Below are positions 31,901 to 39,575 of a stretch of DNA of 64,000 bases, one piece after another. The notes under the pieces were generated by a model. That model ran no database searches and was not told where the DNA came from. It saw only the letters and a program-made list of their open reading frames with translations. Location of the stretch: NCBI GenBank assembly GCA_963849385.1, contig CAWKHH010000007.1, positions 549,000 through 612,999 on the forward strand. Reading direction: 5' to 3'. The first letter of the stretch is position 1; each line of letters begins with the position of its first letter. Both the position numbers and the translations under genes were made by a program. This stretch comes from Ignavibacteriota bacterium. GTDB taxonomy: Bacteria; Bacteroidota; Ignavibacteria; UBA10030; UBA6906.

Positions 31901-32519
31901 GATTGGCACTCTGCCGGGTACGATGTTCCGGCGGCCGGACCTCGACTCTGTGTACAGTGTCTTTGCAGCAGATATCCGGCCTCCGGTGAAATCCCTTACT
32001 CGCTGGCCGTTTGAGTTGCAGACGCCCGGCAAGGAAACCCTCACCCTCCGGTTTGAAGGCATCGGCCAGATTCCGGACGATCTGGACGTGTACCTCATCG
32101 ATCATGTCCATGCGCGCTACGCCGACTTGCGCTCAATCCAGGACTATGTGTTCACGCCGGCGACAATAAGCGCGCAAATGACCGTTGCAGTGGGAACCCA
32201 CAACGCCATGGCATCAGTACTGAGCGATGTTCTGCCTAAGGTGTTTGCGCTGGATAACAACTTCCCGAACCCCTTCAATCCGACGACGACGCTGCCGGTT
32301 TCTGTGCCCCATGCGGCAGAGATCACCTTGAAGGTCTATAACATACTGGGTGCGGAAGTGCGGACGGTGTTCGCAGGTCAAGTGGAAGCCGGGCGGTACT
32401 GGATCGTCTGGGATGGCAAGAACGAAGCGGGCGCTCCCGTGGCCACCGGTGTCTATCTCGCACGCTTCACCGCAGATGCAGGGGTGAGTATGGTCAAGAA
32501 AATGTTGCTCATGAAATAG
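22947..32519 (+). CDS. Giant (3190 aa) repeat-containing cell-surface adhesin with a T9SS C-terminal sorting domain
   Basis: Signal peptide; 7 repeats of about 242 aa; 10 IPT/TIG-like repeats of about 93 aa; FN3-like YYWRVRA modules; C-terminal NFPNPFNPTTTL...KKMLLMK sorting domain. One uninterrupted ORF. Confidence 0.9.
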   Translation: MRKLSTILFASVLLTCGLAEGIYAQATRLVLRTGAGDSTVTLTASQSQNLLITARTAGGVIDTTYDGPKNLTFSGANSSISPAVAPTVEDNAGVPQAFATSTTIQFTNGVASVTGGNNGVMRLYRAETVNISASDGSIGTGTGTDRLLATVNPSTLGKFAWSLTSPQRNGTSFTGTNTLTAQDDWGNTVTSYNANSPSSNNVTITTSLNGAITGLGASNNNVLNQAGDFVSGVANLSTQLMIYTGVGGSGTFTATGGGKTGTSSSVQITAAAATHLVLRTAIGDSVINVQAGTTQNLKITAKDANGNTDLTYTGTKSLTFSGANSSPSPVTAPTVSNAGGGAVNFGTATLISFSNGEATASGSSNGVMLLYGVQTTATISVTDQSISSTGNNALTATVSAGALGKFTWSLTSPQTNGVAFTGTGTLTAQDFWGNTHISFDASVTPVTMTSSLSGTITGLGSGVNNILNRNTDFSSGIATLAGKMIYTGASGSGTFTATGGGKSGTSSSIQINAGAATRLIVRTTAGDSVISIGAGVAQGLKITARDAAGNIATGYTGSKTLYFFGANVSPAPESTNPTVVDNAGTPRDFSASPNTPITFSSGVATISGGNNGMMRLQRVETASVGASDGSITASSADQLTATVTPAGLKRFSVVLTSSQINRTPFTGVNTVTAIDSFGNVATNFNASTNNVTVTPVGLAGTISGLGSGGSNLLNQSGDFALGIANVTGKMKFTGTVGTGTFTATSLTGRTGTSGNVTINVGSTSRFAISGNLNQQAGSGQSLTITAMDSSGNTATGYAGDKTVRFSGSGPSSNPVTYPTVSDKDGFAIQFGAQLNITFTAGIAQVSGGSNGVMRLYRAGKDTVAVSTTDGTVSSGSGDRLILTVTEDALQKFVFTLASPQQSGIAFTGTNTLVAQDSYGNTVTGFSAASDNVTVSANSPLSGTISGLGSGSNNLLNQASDFSVGVANLTGKIVFTGATGSAPFTAFSSTSKVGTSGTVQIVAGGATRLVINGLASMSAGSAQNLTITAKDASGNTVSTYTGSKSLTFSGADSSISGSAPTVNSSSGTAIAFGVATPITFTNGIASVAGSNNGVLRLYRAQTAIVSATDQTISSSGADRLTVTVAPSSLGRFAWSLTSPQTNGVPFAGANALTAQDDWGNTIASFDASAAPVTITTSLAGVVSGLGSGTNNVLNRAGDFVSGVANLTTLGMKYTGAIGTGTFTATGGGKTGISPSILVSAGSASRLVVRASTGDSVITMIAGAVKNLTITAKDASGNTVTTYAGAKTLTFSGADSSLNPATSPTVSNSGGTATAFGAGTVLTFTNGIATVTGSSNGVMKLYRAQAAMVSVTDGTQTSSGTDRLSVTVSPAALGKFAWVLSTPQVNAVAFTGANTLTAQDDWGNPLTAYDASASNVTVTTSLTGTVSGLGTSSNNILNKANDFVAGVANLTSIGMKYTGNIGSGTFTATSAGKAGTSLSVTITPGGAGKLVITGSGTQTAGTPQSLTITAKDASDNLVLTYTGIKTLTFTGANPSTSPLTQPSVTDNAGVAVSFGSATSILFTNGVATVSAGSNGAMKLYKAETATIAVSDGAIGSTGADRLTVAVAPAALGKFAWVLTSPQINGVPWTGTNTLTAQDDWGNSVPTFDAATNNVTLTTSLSASPSAISGLGTLGNNVLNQSPNFVLGVANLTGLGMKYTGLAGTGTFTATSTVGSKSGTSDSTTVNNSVPTFTSIVPSEGSRSQVVPVTVAGTNFLPGVTVLNFGQDFTIDSLRVESTTRITARVRPGPAATLGLRDVTVSNPAPGGGSATLTGAFRVKNLPSITSLSPSAGVRGQTLNMTITGTNFATGVSDVGIQGSSITLNSTAVTSPTTIVANISISLSALDGVRLFHVTNSGVEGGMSNLTGFTVGSNPLPVVTSISPALVTRGQSLELTIKGSNYFNGITSVNLGPGIVITGTTIDSTTQLRVTATVAETAATGPHHVILTNAPPGGGPDTLKNGLTINNPAPTLTGLSVQNATRLQTLFITLTGTRFINNVTTVVLGSGITFVATVAESPTQLRVGFTVDSSAALGPRNVKVTNPAPGGGSDSLVGALTISNPIPSITTISPESTMVGGGALQMTVTGTNFVPGAVVRLGGRALTSIVVDRTRMTATVAVSDIDTARSSVVDVNAPTPGGGTSNTKNFIVQNPVPTLASLAPASGSRLQTLDVTFTGTKFIPGFTQVDFGGTDITTNSITVTSSTLLTANITISATATMGARDIFVKNPTPGGGNSEKRVFTVANNPVPTIAAVTPDGWSRLRTLDVVIDGTNFIAGVTSADFGAGITVNGPIAVNSSTRLTAGITINVTAPTGPRSIAVTNAPPGGGTATRLNGFTVFNPSPKLNYLDPPNGQQLKTLNVVFYGNGFIDGVSSVSMGTGITINEQIVLSDTVITANITITIGATTGPRNVLVNNSGPGGGTSELTNGFVVGNNPAPTLASIAPASAKRLETLNIVFRGSSFVSGVTTVDLGPDIGVNDVNIDSSGKLTANISVTGKAATGARTVFVTNAPPGGGKDSLVAAFTVTNPAPTLTSINPAFANRSQTLNVVLRGTNFIPATVPSFGSGGDVTVNSITVDSTRQLTVNVTVGSAATLGLRNVTVANPVPGGGTSASVSFSVNLAPPPTPALSSPQNGATNLPTTLVLKWDTAAGATQYHLQLSTSSLFLTTVVDDSSLTGPSRQVGPLSNNQTYYWRVRARNGGGTSSFSSTWSFTPLYPDVYPLSNSVQFPSYATAAEYKVKDYRIVGLPGAGTNPLGEYMTGTAGTDWQAYTDNGAGANYFTKYDGTSAFTFSAGKAYWLIKKNPWTVSTSVSTAPLDTSVSVRISLQNGWNLITNPFLHSVPWSSIQLANSPAARSPIWLYDGVNGFSQATTLEPYVGYYFFNSDNVPYIRIPYGASSGVWMKADSSVQDGWTVTVAAKTGEYTDRSLMFGVREDASEGLDRYDYRKPRTIGTLPGTMFRRPDLDSVYSVFAADIRPPVKSLTRWPFELQTPGKETLTLRFEGIGQIPDDLDVYLIDHVHARYADLRSIQDYVFTPATISAQMTVAVGTHNAMASVLSDVLPKVFALDNNFPNPFNPTTTLPVSVPHAAEITLKVYNILGAEVRTVFAGQVEAGRYWIVWDGKNEAGAPVATGVYLARFTADAGVSMVKKMLLMK
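23019..28105 (+). repeat. Seven tandem coding repeats of about 725 bp (Ig-like 242-aa modules, LVLRTxxGDS...FTATGGGK)
   Basis: Periodic recurrence of the LVLRT / TAKDASGNT / LTAQDDWGN / MKYTG motifs at about 725-bp spacing. Confidence 0.8.
28105..30900 (+). repeat. Ten tandem IPT/TIG-like coding repeats of about 280 bp
   Basis: Recurrent PTLTSIxPxxG...L.V.G.NF......V.FG motif at about 93-aa spacing. Confidence 0.8.
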
Positions 32520-32534
32520 GGGAAGGGACTAACC

Positions 32535-33068
32535 ATGTTTGCGGTCTTTCTTCGCATGAAAGTGCTGCATCTCTTCCTCGCACTGTTGATTGTTGCGGAA
32601 GGGATTCCAGTTGCGTTTGCTGCCGCGCAAGATACCGGGTCAACTATTGACAATGTCCGGTTCGAAGTTGCGGGGGACATTGTGCGCATCTTCTATGACC
32701 TGAACGCCCCGTTGGATCAGGTTCATGCCGTGCGTATTGCGCTCTACCGCGAAACTGAGCCGGCGTTCCGGTACAACCCGGTCAATCTCACCGGAGATGT
32801 CGGAACGATCGTGTTTCCCGGGGCCCGGAGGGCCATCATCTGGGAGTTCACGAAGGAATTTCCGGAAGGCTTGAGTGGAACGGACTACTATTTCGTCGTT
32901 GAAGCGGAGGCTACACAGAAGGAAAGCACCGATCTCTGGTGGTGGGTTGGAGGTGGTGCGGCGGTTGTCGGCGGGGTAGTGACAATACTCCTCTTGAGTT
33001 CGAAAACAGTGACCCCGCCTCCGCCGGTGCCCAATGAGTTCCCGAACCCACCGGGTCGCCCGCAATGA
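32535..33068 (+). CDS. Hypothetical secreted protein with a C-terminal TM anchor and Pro-rich tail
   Basis: RBS GGGAAGGGA 15 nt after the adhesin stop. Signal peptide; beta-rich body; WWWVGGGAAVVGGVVTILLL TM segment followed by PPPPVP. Confidence 0.6.
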   Translation: MFAVFLRMKVLHLFLALLIVAEGIPVAFAAAQDTGSTIDNVRFEVAGDIVRIFYDLNAPLDQVHAVRIALYRETEPAFRYNPVNLTGDVGTIVFPGARRAIIWEFTKEFPEGLSGTDYYFVVEAEATQKESTDLWWWVGGGAAVVGGVVTILLLSSKTVTPPPPVPNEFPNPPGRPQ

Positions 33069-33097
33069 ACCACCCGAAAATGAGAAAGGATCGGACA

Positions 33098-33605
33098 CAC
33101 ATGAGAATAGTGATCGGATTGTGCGGCCTGCCTCATCCTGGCGGCGAGTATGGCAATGGCGCAGAAGATCACGGGACGGAGTCCTTCAGGCACACTCGGC
33201 GTGGCGGCGCAGGTGGATTCGGGTTCCACCCCGACGACTCTTCGCGTTCGCAATGTTACGTTCGACACGGAGTTTTCGGAACCCTCCGGGAACAACGCAC
33301 TTGACCCCAAGGAAACGGGGCGGCTTCGGGTGGTCTTGACGAATTCCGGCAAAATATCTTTGCGAAATGTCGTAGTGAGAGTTATTCCGCTGGCAACTCC
33401 AGTGGGTGTGACGTTCAATGATTCGATTGCCGTCGGCGATATTCCGGTGAACGCAACACGGTATGCGATCTTCTATTTCAGTGCTTCGCCGAATGTGCCT
33501 TCACAGATTCTTACTTTTCAGGTTGACATTCACGATTCGCTGGGAGGGGTAGCGGATTCTCGCCTGGTAACATTTCTGACGCGGGAGCGACGTGGCGGGG
33601 GGTAA
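33098..33605 (+). pseudogene. Hypothetical secreted protein whose signal peptide is split by a 1-nt indel near 33131
   Basis: Frame 2 gives MRIVIGLCGL; frame 0 continues LILAASMAMAQKITG..., so deleting one C restores a textbook signal peptide. Confidence 0.5.
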
Positions 33606-33998
33606 AGCCTGTTGCGGGGACTATTCCATAGCTCCGGACTCGTGTTCAATCCATCCTGTCGTTATGAGACGCATCGCTTGATCCCGTTTGTGAGAGAACT
33701 GGACAAAGCGGACGCATATCCCTACGATGGCGAAGTATCCGGCGATGGCGAAAACGATTGTCACGATGCTACCTCCTTACCCGGAAAACAATGTACGCAA
33801 TATCTCTCAAAGTTGGATCGGGAAGTCTGCTTTACGACGAGTATCCCGATCGGCCCTTACCCTGGCCCGGTGAGTATCGGTACACGAAGTATGCCCGCCG
33901 ATCAAACGAGCTGGAAGCGCGGATTTCGTATGTTTTGCGCGGCACAGTGAGTGGTACGGATCATCCATTTGTGGAACATGTTGGTAAATTCTACAATG

Positions 33999-34027
33999 TT
34001 GACATTCAAGCATTTTCTTCGCATTAT
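33999..34027 (+). promoter_or_regulatory. Strong sigma70-like promoter of the polysaccharide locus (upstream of the Wzc-like gene)
   Basis: TTGACA-17 nt-CATTAT about 50 nt upstream of the ATG at 34077, inside a 470-bp lower-GC non-coding leader. Confidence 0.5.
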
Positions 34028-34076
34028 CGTAATTCGAGTTGTATGTTCACAGTATTTTTGATGCGAGAGTCGACTT

Positions 34077-36422
34077 ATGAAGACACATCAGACGCGTCGT
34101 AGCGAATCCAGCCCGACCAGCGAGCGTGCGTTCCAGGAATATCTGGCCATTATGTTGCGGGGGAAGTGGACCATTCTTGTCACCACCCTGCTCATTGTTG
34201 CCGGCGCCCTTCTCTACACGCAATTGAGTGATCCCGTTTTCCAGTCCACCTGCCAGGTCCTGCTCAGCCGCGACGCAAAAGGGGGCATCTTCGTCGACCA
34301 GAACCCCGGGGAGTTGAACAAGACCACGGTCCAGAATGAACTGGCGATCCTGAATTCGCGATCACTTGCGGATTCAGTCGCAAGACGGCTGTTGCGGCAA
34401 CGGTACTTTTTGGACGCCAAAGGGGGAATGATCCCTGTGATTACCGTTACCCCCCAGGAATCCCCGCAGGACAGTGCGGCTTCCCTGGATCTTGTTTCAG
34501 GTCGGGTGATGAGTGTTGTGGATTTTGATCCGGTCCGGGATTCGGACATCATAAAGATCACAGCGCGGAGCCAGAACTCCCGGGAGGCGGCACTGCTGGC
34601 GAATACGTACGCAGAAGCGTATCGTGACCGGAATATCTACATGAGCCGCAACAAGACGCGTTCGTTCAGGGAATTTCTTGAATCGCAGGCAAGTGACAAA
34701 CGTAAGGCGCTGGAGGAGACCGAAGTAACTCTGAAAGACTACATGGAACAGCAGGGCATTGTGTCGCTGGATGATGAAGCCAAGCGGTTAATTGATCAGC
34801 TTGCATCTCTTGAGGCGCAACGCGATGCTGCGGACATCAATCTTAAAGAAATGCAGAATGCTCTGGAGAACTACCAGCAGCAGCTCCCCCAGCAGGAGAC
34901 CAATGTTGCGCGCGTAGTCGGAGAAGCGAGCGACACCTATATCAAGCAAATGCAGGAACAGATGGCCCGGCTTGAAGTCCAGCGCGACATGACCGTTGTT
35001 CAGAATCCGGGTTCTGCAGGGCGCGATATTCTCAACGAGAAGGTCAAGGAAATTGACCAGCAGATCGCTGCGTTGAGGATGAAGCTTCAGAAACGGACGG
35101 ATGATTTCTTACGCACGCTGACGCCGTCGCAAGGAGGGTCGGATGATGCGGCGGGCTATCTGAAGTCTGTAAAGCAAAAGATCATTGAAACTGAAATCAG
35201 CGTTCAGTCGAACCTGGCAAAGAAACGCGCGCTGAGTGAAGCGATTTCGGAGTACGAAAAGAAATTCGACCGGATTCCCGCCAAGAGTGTTCAACTTGCA
35301 CGCCTGCAACGGCAACGATTGAGCAATGAGAAGCTCTTTTTGATGGTGGAGGAAAAGTACAACGAAACCAACATCACCGAGCAGTCCAATATCGGCTACA
35401 TCGAGATCATGGAGCGTGCCGGTGTGCCGCTCAAGCCATCCAGCCCGAAGCCCTTTATCAACTTGATGCTTGGGATTGTTCTGGGTCTCACGCTCGGCAT
35501 CGTCGCTGCGTTCGTGAAGGAATACATGGACGTACGGGTGCAGACGCCTGAGGACTTGAAGCGTCGCGGGTACACCCCGCTCTCTCCGATTATGGATATC
35601 GATGAAGAGATCGCCCGGCTGGGGGTACAGAAGATTACTGCGCGGGACACGGGCGTGGATGCCCATCTCGTCACTGTCTCCTTCCCCTTCTCGTCGATCG
35701 CAGAATCGTACAGGCAAATGCGCACGAACCTGCAGTTTGCGAAGGTCGGATCGCCTGCCCGCACGCTCATGCTGACCAGTCCGACCCAGGGGGATGGCAA
35801 GTCCACAACCGCGTCCAATCTGGCGGTGGCATTTGCGCAGACCGGCAAGAGGGTCTTGCTGGTGGATGCCGATCTGCGTCGACCGATGCAGCATTCGATC
35901 TTCCGTATCGAGCCGGGAGCAGGGCTGACGGAGCTGCTGACAGGAAAGGCTATTCTGGAACGGGTGATCCGGCACACGAATGTGGAAAACCTTGACATCC
36001 TTCCGAGCGGGGATATTCCGCCCAATCCCGCAGAGGTGCTCGGGTCCGATGAAATGCGCGATTTCGTGACAGAGACCGCGAAGAGATATGAACTGGTGCT
36101 TTTCGATACATCGCCCGTAATGGCCGTCACCGATCCGGCCGTCATTTCGACGATGACCGATGGGGCGATCATGGTCGTTTCGTCGGGAGCCACGCGGATT
36201 CAAGACCTTGAACAGGCCGTGGAGTTGCTCGAGGGTGTTGGTGGAAAGGTCGTGGGTGTTGTGCTGAATAATTTCGATCCACATCGCGCATATGGCGTAC
36301 CATTCAGGCGCAGCTCCCGCGCCAAGTATGGTGCGGAGAAGTCCTACTACGGCAGGCCGGCGGGGGATGGGAAAGCAGAGAAGGCAAAGACACGCGATGG
36401 AAAACCCAAGGCAACCGCCTGA
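34077..36422 (+). CDS. Polysaccharide co-polymerase / tyrosine autokinase (Wzc/GumC-like, Wzz domain plus BY-kinase)
   Basis: N-terminal TM plus chain-length-determinant region with coiled coil; C-terminal Walker A LTSPTQGDGKSTTASNLAVAFAQTGKRVLLVDADLRRP. Confidence 0.9.
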   Translation: MKTHQTRRSESSPTSERAFQEYLAIMLRGKWTILVTTLLIVAGALLYTQLSDPVFQSTCQVLLSRDAKGGIFVDQNPGELNKTTVQNELAILNSRSLADSVARRLLRQRYFLDAKGGMIPVITVTPQESPQDSAASLDLVSGRVMSVVDFDPVRDSDIIKITARSQNSREAALLANTYAEAYRDRNIYMSRNKTRSFREFLESQASDKRKALEETEVTLKDYMEQQGIVSLDDEAKRLIDQLASLEAQRDAADINLKEMQNALENYQQQLPQQETNVARVVGEASDTYIKQMQEQMARLEVQRDMTVVQNPGSAGRDILNEKVKEIDQQIAALRMKLQKRTDDFLRTLTPSQGGSDDAAGYLKSVKQKIIETEISVQSNLAKKRALSEAISEYEKKFDRIPAKSVQLARLQRQRLSNEKLFLMVEEKYNETNITEQSNIGYIEIMERAGVPLKPSSPKPFINLMLGIVLGLTLGIVAAFVKEYMDVRVQTPEDLKRRGYTPLSPIMDIDEEIARLGVQKITARDTGVDAHLVTVSFPFSSIAESYRQMRTNLQFAKVGSPARTLMLTSPTQGDGKSTTASNLAVAFAQTGKRVLLVDADLRRPMQHSIFRIEPGAGLTELLTGKAILERVIRHTNVENLDILPSGDIPPNPAEVLGSDEMRDFVTETAKRYELVLFDTSPVMAVTDPAVISTMTDGAIMVVSSGATRIQDLEQAVELLEGVGGKVVGVVLNNFDPHRAYGVPFRRSSRAKYGAEKSYYGRPAGDGKAEKAKTRDGKPKATA

Positions 36423-36480
36423 GATCCCGAGAACCGATCGGCGACTCGTGACCACGTTTCGATTGAGGAGTGCATCGCCC

Positions 36481-36987
36481 ATGAAGAATATTCTGAATGT
36501 CGCAGTGTGTAGTGTTCTGGTGTTCTGTCCGTTGCGTCTCCTCGCGCAGATGGACAGCAATATCGGTGTGTCCAAATCCGGTGCCTCTTCAGCGGCCTAC
36601 TATTACATATCAAAGCCCGGCGAGATAACGATGTCTATCAATCTCTGGGGCCATGTCCGCAACCCGGGACGGTATGAAGTGCCGATCTCTACGGATATTG
36701 TGCAGCTTGTTTCCTATGCCGGGGGACCGATGTCAGAGGCAAATCTCAGCTCTGTGAAGATTTCCCGCGTTGTCCGCGGAGTGGATGCTGTGCGAACGGT
36801 GGAATTTGATGTGAATCTGAATCACCTGGACAAGCTCGATGAAAAGGCGCGGCGTCTCGAACCCGGAGACACCATTTTCATCGATGCGACGGCAGTCACC
36901 TTCAGGGAAGTGTTTGATATTGCTACAACAACAGCGCTCATCGCTGCAACGATTGCCAACGTGCTTCTTGCATATAAATATCGGTGA
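36481..36987 (+). CDS. Short polysaccharide export protein (Wza-like PES/SLBB domain only, 168 aa)
   Basis: Signal peptide plus GEITMSINLWGHVRNPGRYEVPISTDIVQLVSYAGG (Poly_export-like). The in-frame ORF-track start at 36292 would overlap wzc and was rejected. Confidence 0.7.
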   Translation: MKNILNVAVCSVLVFCPLRLLAQMDSNIGVSKSGASSAAYYYISKPGEITMSINLWGHVRNPGRYEVPISTDIVQLVSYAGGPMSEANLSSVKISRVVRGVDAVRTVEFDVNLNHLDKLDEKARRLEPGDTIFIDATAVTFREVFDIATTTALIAATIANVLLAYKYR

Positions 36988-37366
36988 CCATCGGAAGGTC
37001 AATGCGCGGCGGATCCCGGACTGTTGGGGAGTTGAGTGGTGTTGTGCATGACGTATTTCTCGCTCTGACGTCGCCCCCGGTTCTTCGGAGTGGGGACCTT
37101 CCTGATGTTTGTCCGCGCTCCTCTCCGCACGTCCCCAGGCTTCGGTCTCCATCCTGTTTCTTTCTTCCCATGATACGATGTGGAGAATGGCATGTGGAAG
37201 AGTGCGATGTCGGGAACAGGGTGCGACCGGACTTCTGTGACGGTGCTCACACGTCGATACTCTGCGGAGATGCAGATTGGGAAGATCGCGGATTACCCCC
37301 TGGTCCGCCCGGTCGAAGAAGAAACCTGTTCTTGCATCCTGGGGATTCAAGAGAGTCTCGGACCTG

Positions 37367-38462
37367 ATGAAGCGATTGCTGATTATTGACCGACACCAGT
37401 TCGGGTATCTCACCGATACCTACAGCTACTGCCGTCATCTTGCAGGCCGGTACACAATCACCTATGTCGGTTGGGATTATGGCCTGCCGGCGATTTCCCT
37501 TGAAAGCGTACGGGTTATTTCCGTGAAGCGGACAGGCGGTATGGCCCGGCGGCTTGGCCGGTATATCCTGCGCGCTGCCAGAGAGATGCGCACGCACAAT
37601 CATGACCTGGTGTTCATCGTGCTCTTCCTGGGATGTTCGCTCTTGCGGTTCAGCGGTGGTGCAACACCGGTCATTGTCGATATCCGCACGGGATCGGAAA
37701 AGAGCGGACGATTTTCCCGGTGGCTCGAAAACCTGCAATTCCGGGTCGAGGCATCAGCCTTCCGGCACATCTCCATTATTTCGGACAGCCTCCGCAAGGT
37801 TCTCCGGTTTCCGGAGGGTCGGTGTCATATTCTTCCTCTCGGTGCTGAGCCGCAGGGCCTTCCTCCCAGGCAATTCTCCGGTCTCCGGTTGCTCTACGTG
37901 GGTACTCTGATCCAGCGCCACATAGAAGAAACAGTGAGGGGCGTCGAGCTTTTCCATCATTCTGTCGGGAATGCCGTGCCGATCAGCTTACGATATCGTC
38001 GGTGACGGCGATCGCGCAGACAATGACCGGCTCATCGATGCCATCGCGCACTCATCCTGCAAAGAGCGTATCTGCTACCATGGCCGCGTTCCCTATGACC
38101 GTCTCCGTCCCTTCCTTGAACGCAGCAATGTGGGCGTAGCATTTGTTCCCATGACCCCGTATTTCCATTGCCAGCCGGCAACAAAGATCTTTGAGTACCT
38201 TCTGGCGGGGATGCCGGTCATGGCGACCGCCACCGAAGAAAACCGTCTGGTGGTCACTCCCGATCTGGGCATCTTGCATGACGACACTGCCGAAGGGTTC
38301 TGTGAGGGGTTGCACCGTATGGCGGACTCGCTCGGGAGGTATGATTCATCGCATATTACCGCTGCGGCCAGCCGGTACAGCTGGGAAAGTATTGTGCGCG
38401 ATCGCCTCGAGCCGATGCTGGAACGGGTTCTTGTGCCGGGTTCCCCGGAGGTGGGTGCATGA
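37367..38462 (+). pseudogene. Family-1 glycosyltransferase (GT4-like) split by a frameshift near 37985
   Basis: The N-terminal half (frame of 37277) ends ...GNAVPIS and the other frame continues YDIVGDGDR...FEYLLAGMPVMAT (the GT1 EX7E region). Homology is continuous across the junction. Confidence 0.75.
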
Positions 38463-38492
38463 ACGCCGGCGTACTGACCATGGCTCCGGGGT

Positions 38493-39575
38493 TTGAGACG
38501 ATCGGCGTATCGTGCGCTTCCCCGTACCGTCCGGCGTGTTGTTGCCCGGGCTGAATATGCGTACGCCGCAGTCCCGCGCGTGTACCACAGTGATAGCGTC
38601 CATCCGCGTGACCGGCTGCATCGCGGAGTGCTCACGCTTTCGATTGATTTCGAACTCGCGTGGGCCTGGCAGTACGCACGCAGTTCGGGGGAGGATCCCG
38701 TGCAGAAGGGGCTTCGAGAGCGGGCGCAGGTTCCCCGGCTCCTGAAGCTCTTTGAGGACCTGAATGTGCCGGTCACGTGGGCTACCGTGGGGCATCTGTT
38801 TCTCGAAAAGTGCACACGCGGTGCACAAGGTCTCGCGCACGAAGAGATGACGCACGTCGGGCATTTCGAGACACCATTGTGGCGTTTCTCCTCCGGGGAT
38901 TGGTTCCAGCATGATCCGTGTTCCGACGTACACAGTGATCCCGCCTGGTACGGTCCGGACCTTGTTGAGCAGATCCTGCGTTCACCGGTGCACCACGAGG
39001 TGGCCTGCCATGGGTTCTCCCATGTTGGATTCGGGCGGTACTGTCCGTCGGAAGTGGCGTCAGACGAACTGCACGCATGTGTGGATGCCATGGCGCCGTT
39101 CGGGTTGCGGCCGGAAACGTTCGTGTTTCCGGGGAACGATGAGGGCAACTTTCCCTCACTCGTCCGGCACGGAATAGGTGCTGTTCGTGCATTCCCCCGG
39201 CCGCCGGGAGTGGTAACGCTTCCTATTCGCCGGCGGGATGGTCTGTGGGCACATCACGTGACTTCCGCACTCGACCGGGGCAAGGAATGGTCTATTCCCG
39301 AGCGCGTGGCACGGTTGCAGCGGTTTGTCACCTGCGCGGCCAACGAACGTCTGGCTGCCCATGTCTGGCTGCATCCGTCACTCCCGTATACGGAGATCGA
39401 TGAAGTGCTTACCCCTTTGCTCATGCATGCGGTAGGACTCCGGGAAGCCGGGTTGCTGGACATCCTGACGAATGCGGGACTAGTGGCGGCCACCAGAAGC
39501 GCCCGGGGCGATTCTCCGGGGCTTGATCAATCGTCCCCGGGTCAGGTGGATGGGAGGGCAACGCCATGCGTCTAA
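38493..39575 (+). CDS. Polysaccharide deacetylase (CE4, NodB homology)
   Basis: LTLSIDFE, TWATVGHL and HEVACHGFSH motifs. The start codon is uncertain (TTG at 38493 or an internal GTG). Confidence 0.8.
   Translation: MRRSAYRALPRTVRRVVARAEYAYAAVPRVYHSDSVHPRDRLHRGVLTLSIDFELAWAWQYARSSGEDPVQKGLRERAQVPRLLKLFEDLNVPVTWATVGHLFLEKCTRGAQGLAHEEMTHVGHFETPLWRFSSGDWFQHDPCSDVHSDPAWYGPDLVEQILRSPVHHEVACHGFSHVGFGRYCPSEVASDELHACVDAMAPFGLRPETFVFPGNDEGNFPSLVRHGIGAVRAFPRPPGVVTLPIRRRDGLWAHHVTSALDRGKEWSIPERVARLQRFVTCAANERLAAHVWLHPSLPYTEIDEVLTPLLMHAVGLREAGLLDILTNAGLVAATRSARGDSPGLDQSSPGQVDGRATPCV

Noticed and set aside
33630-33670. tRNA-like T-loop sequence GTGTTCAATCC
   Set aside because: Flanking bases cannot form a T-stem or acceptor stem, so there is no cloverleaf.
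33612-34102. Two overlapping ORFs (33612-33950 and 33758-34102) in the gap before the Wzc-like gene
   Set aside because: The region has lower GC, no RBS and no recognisable domains, and it contains the best promoter of the locus. It is more likely a non-coding leader.
36292-36480. Upstream extension of the Wza-like ORF
   Set aside because: It would overlap the end of the Wzc-like gene by 130 nt in another frame. The internal ATG at 36481 gives a clean signal peptide.
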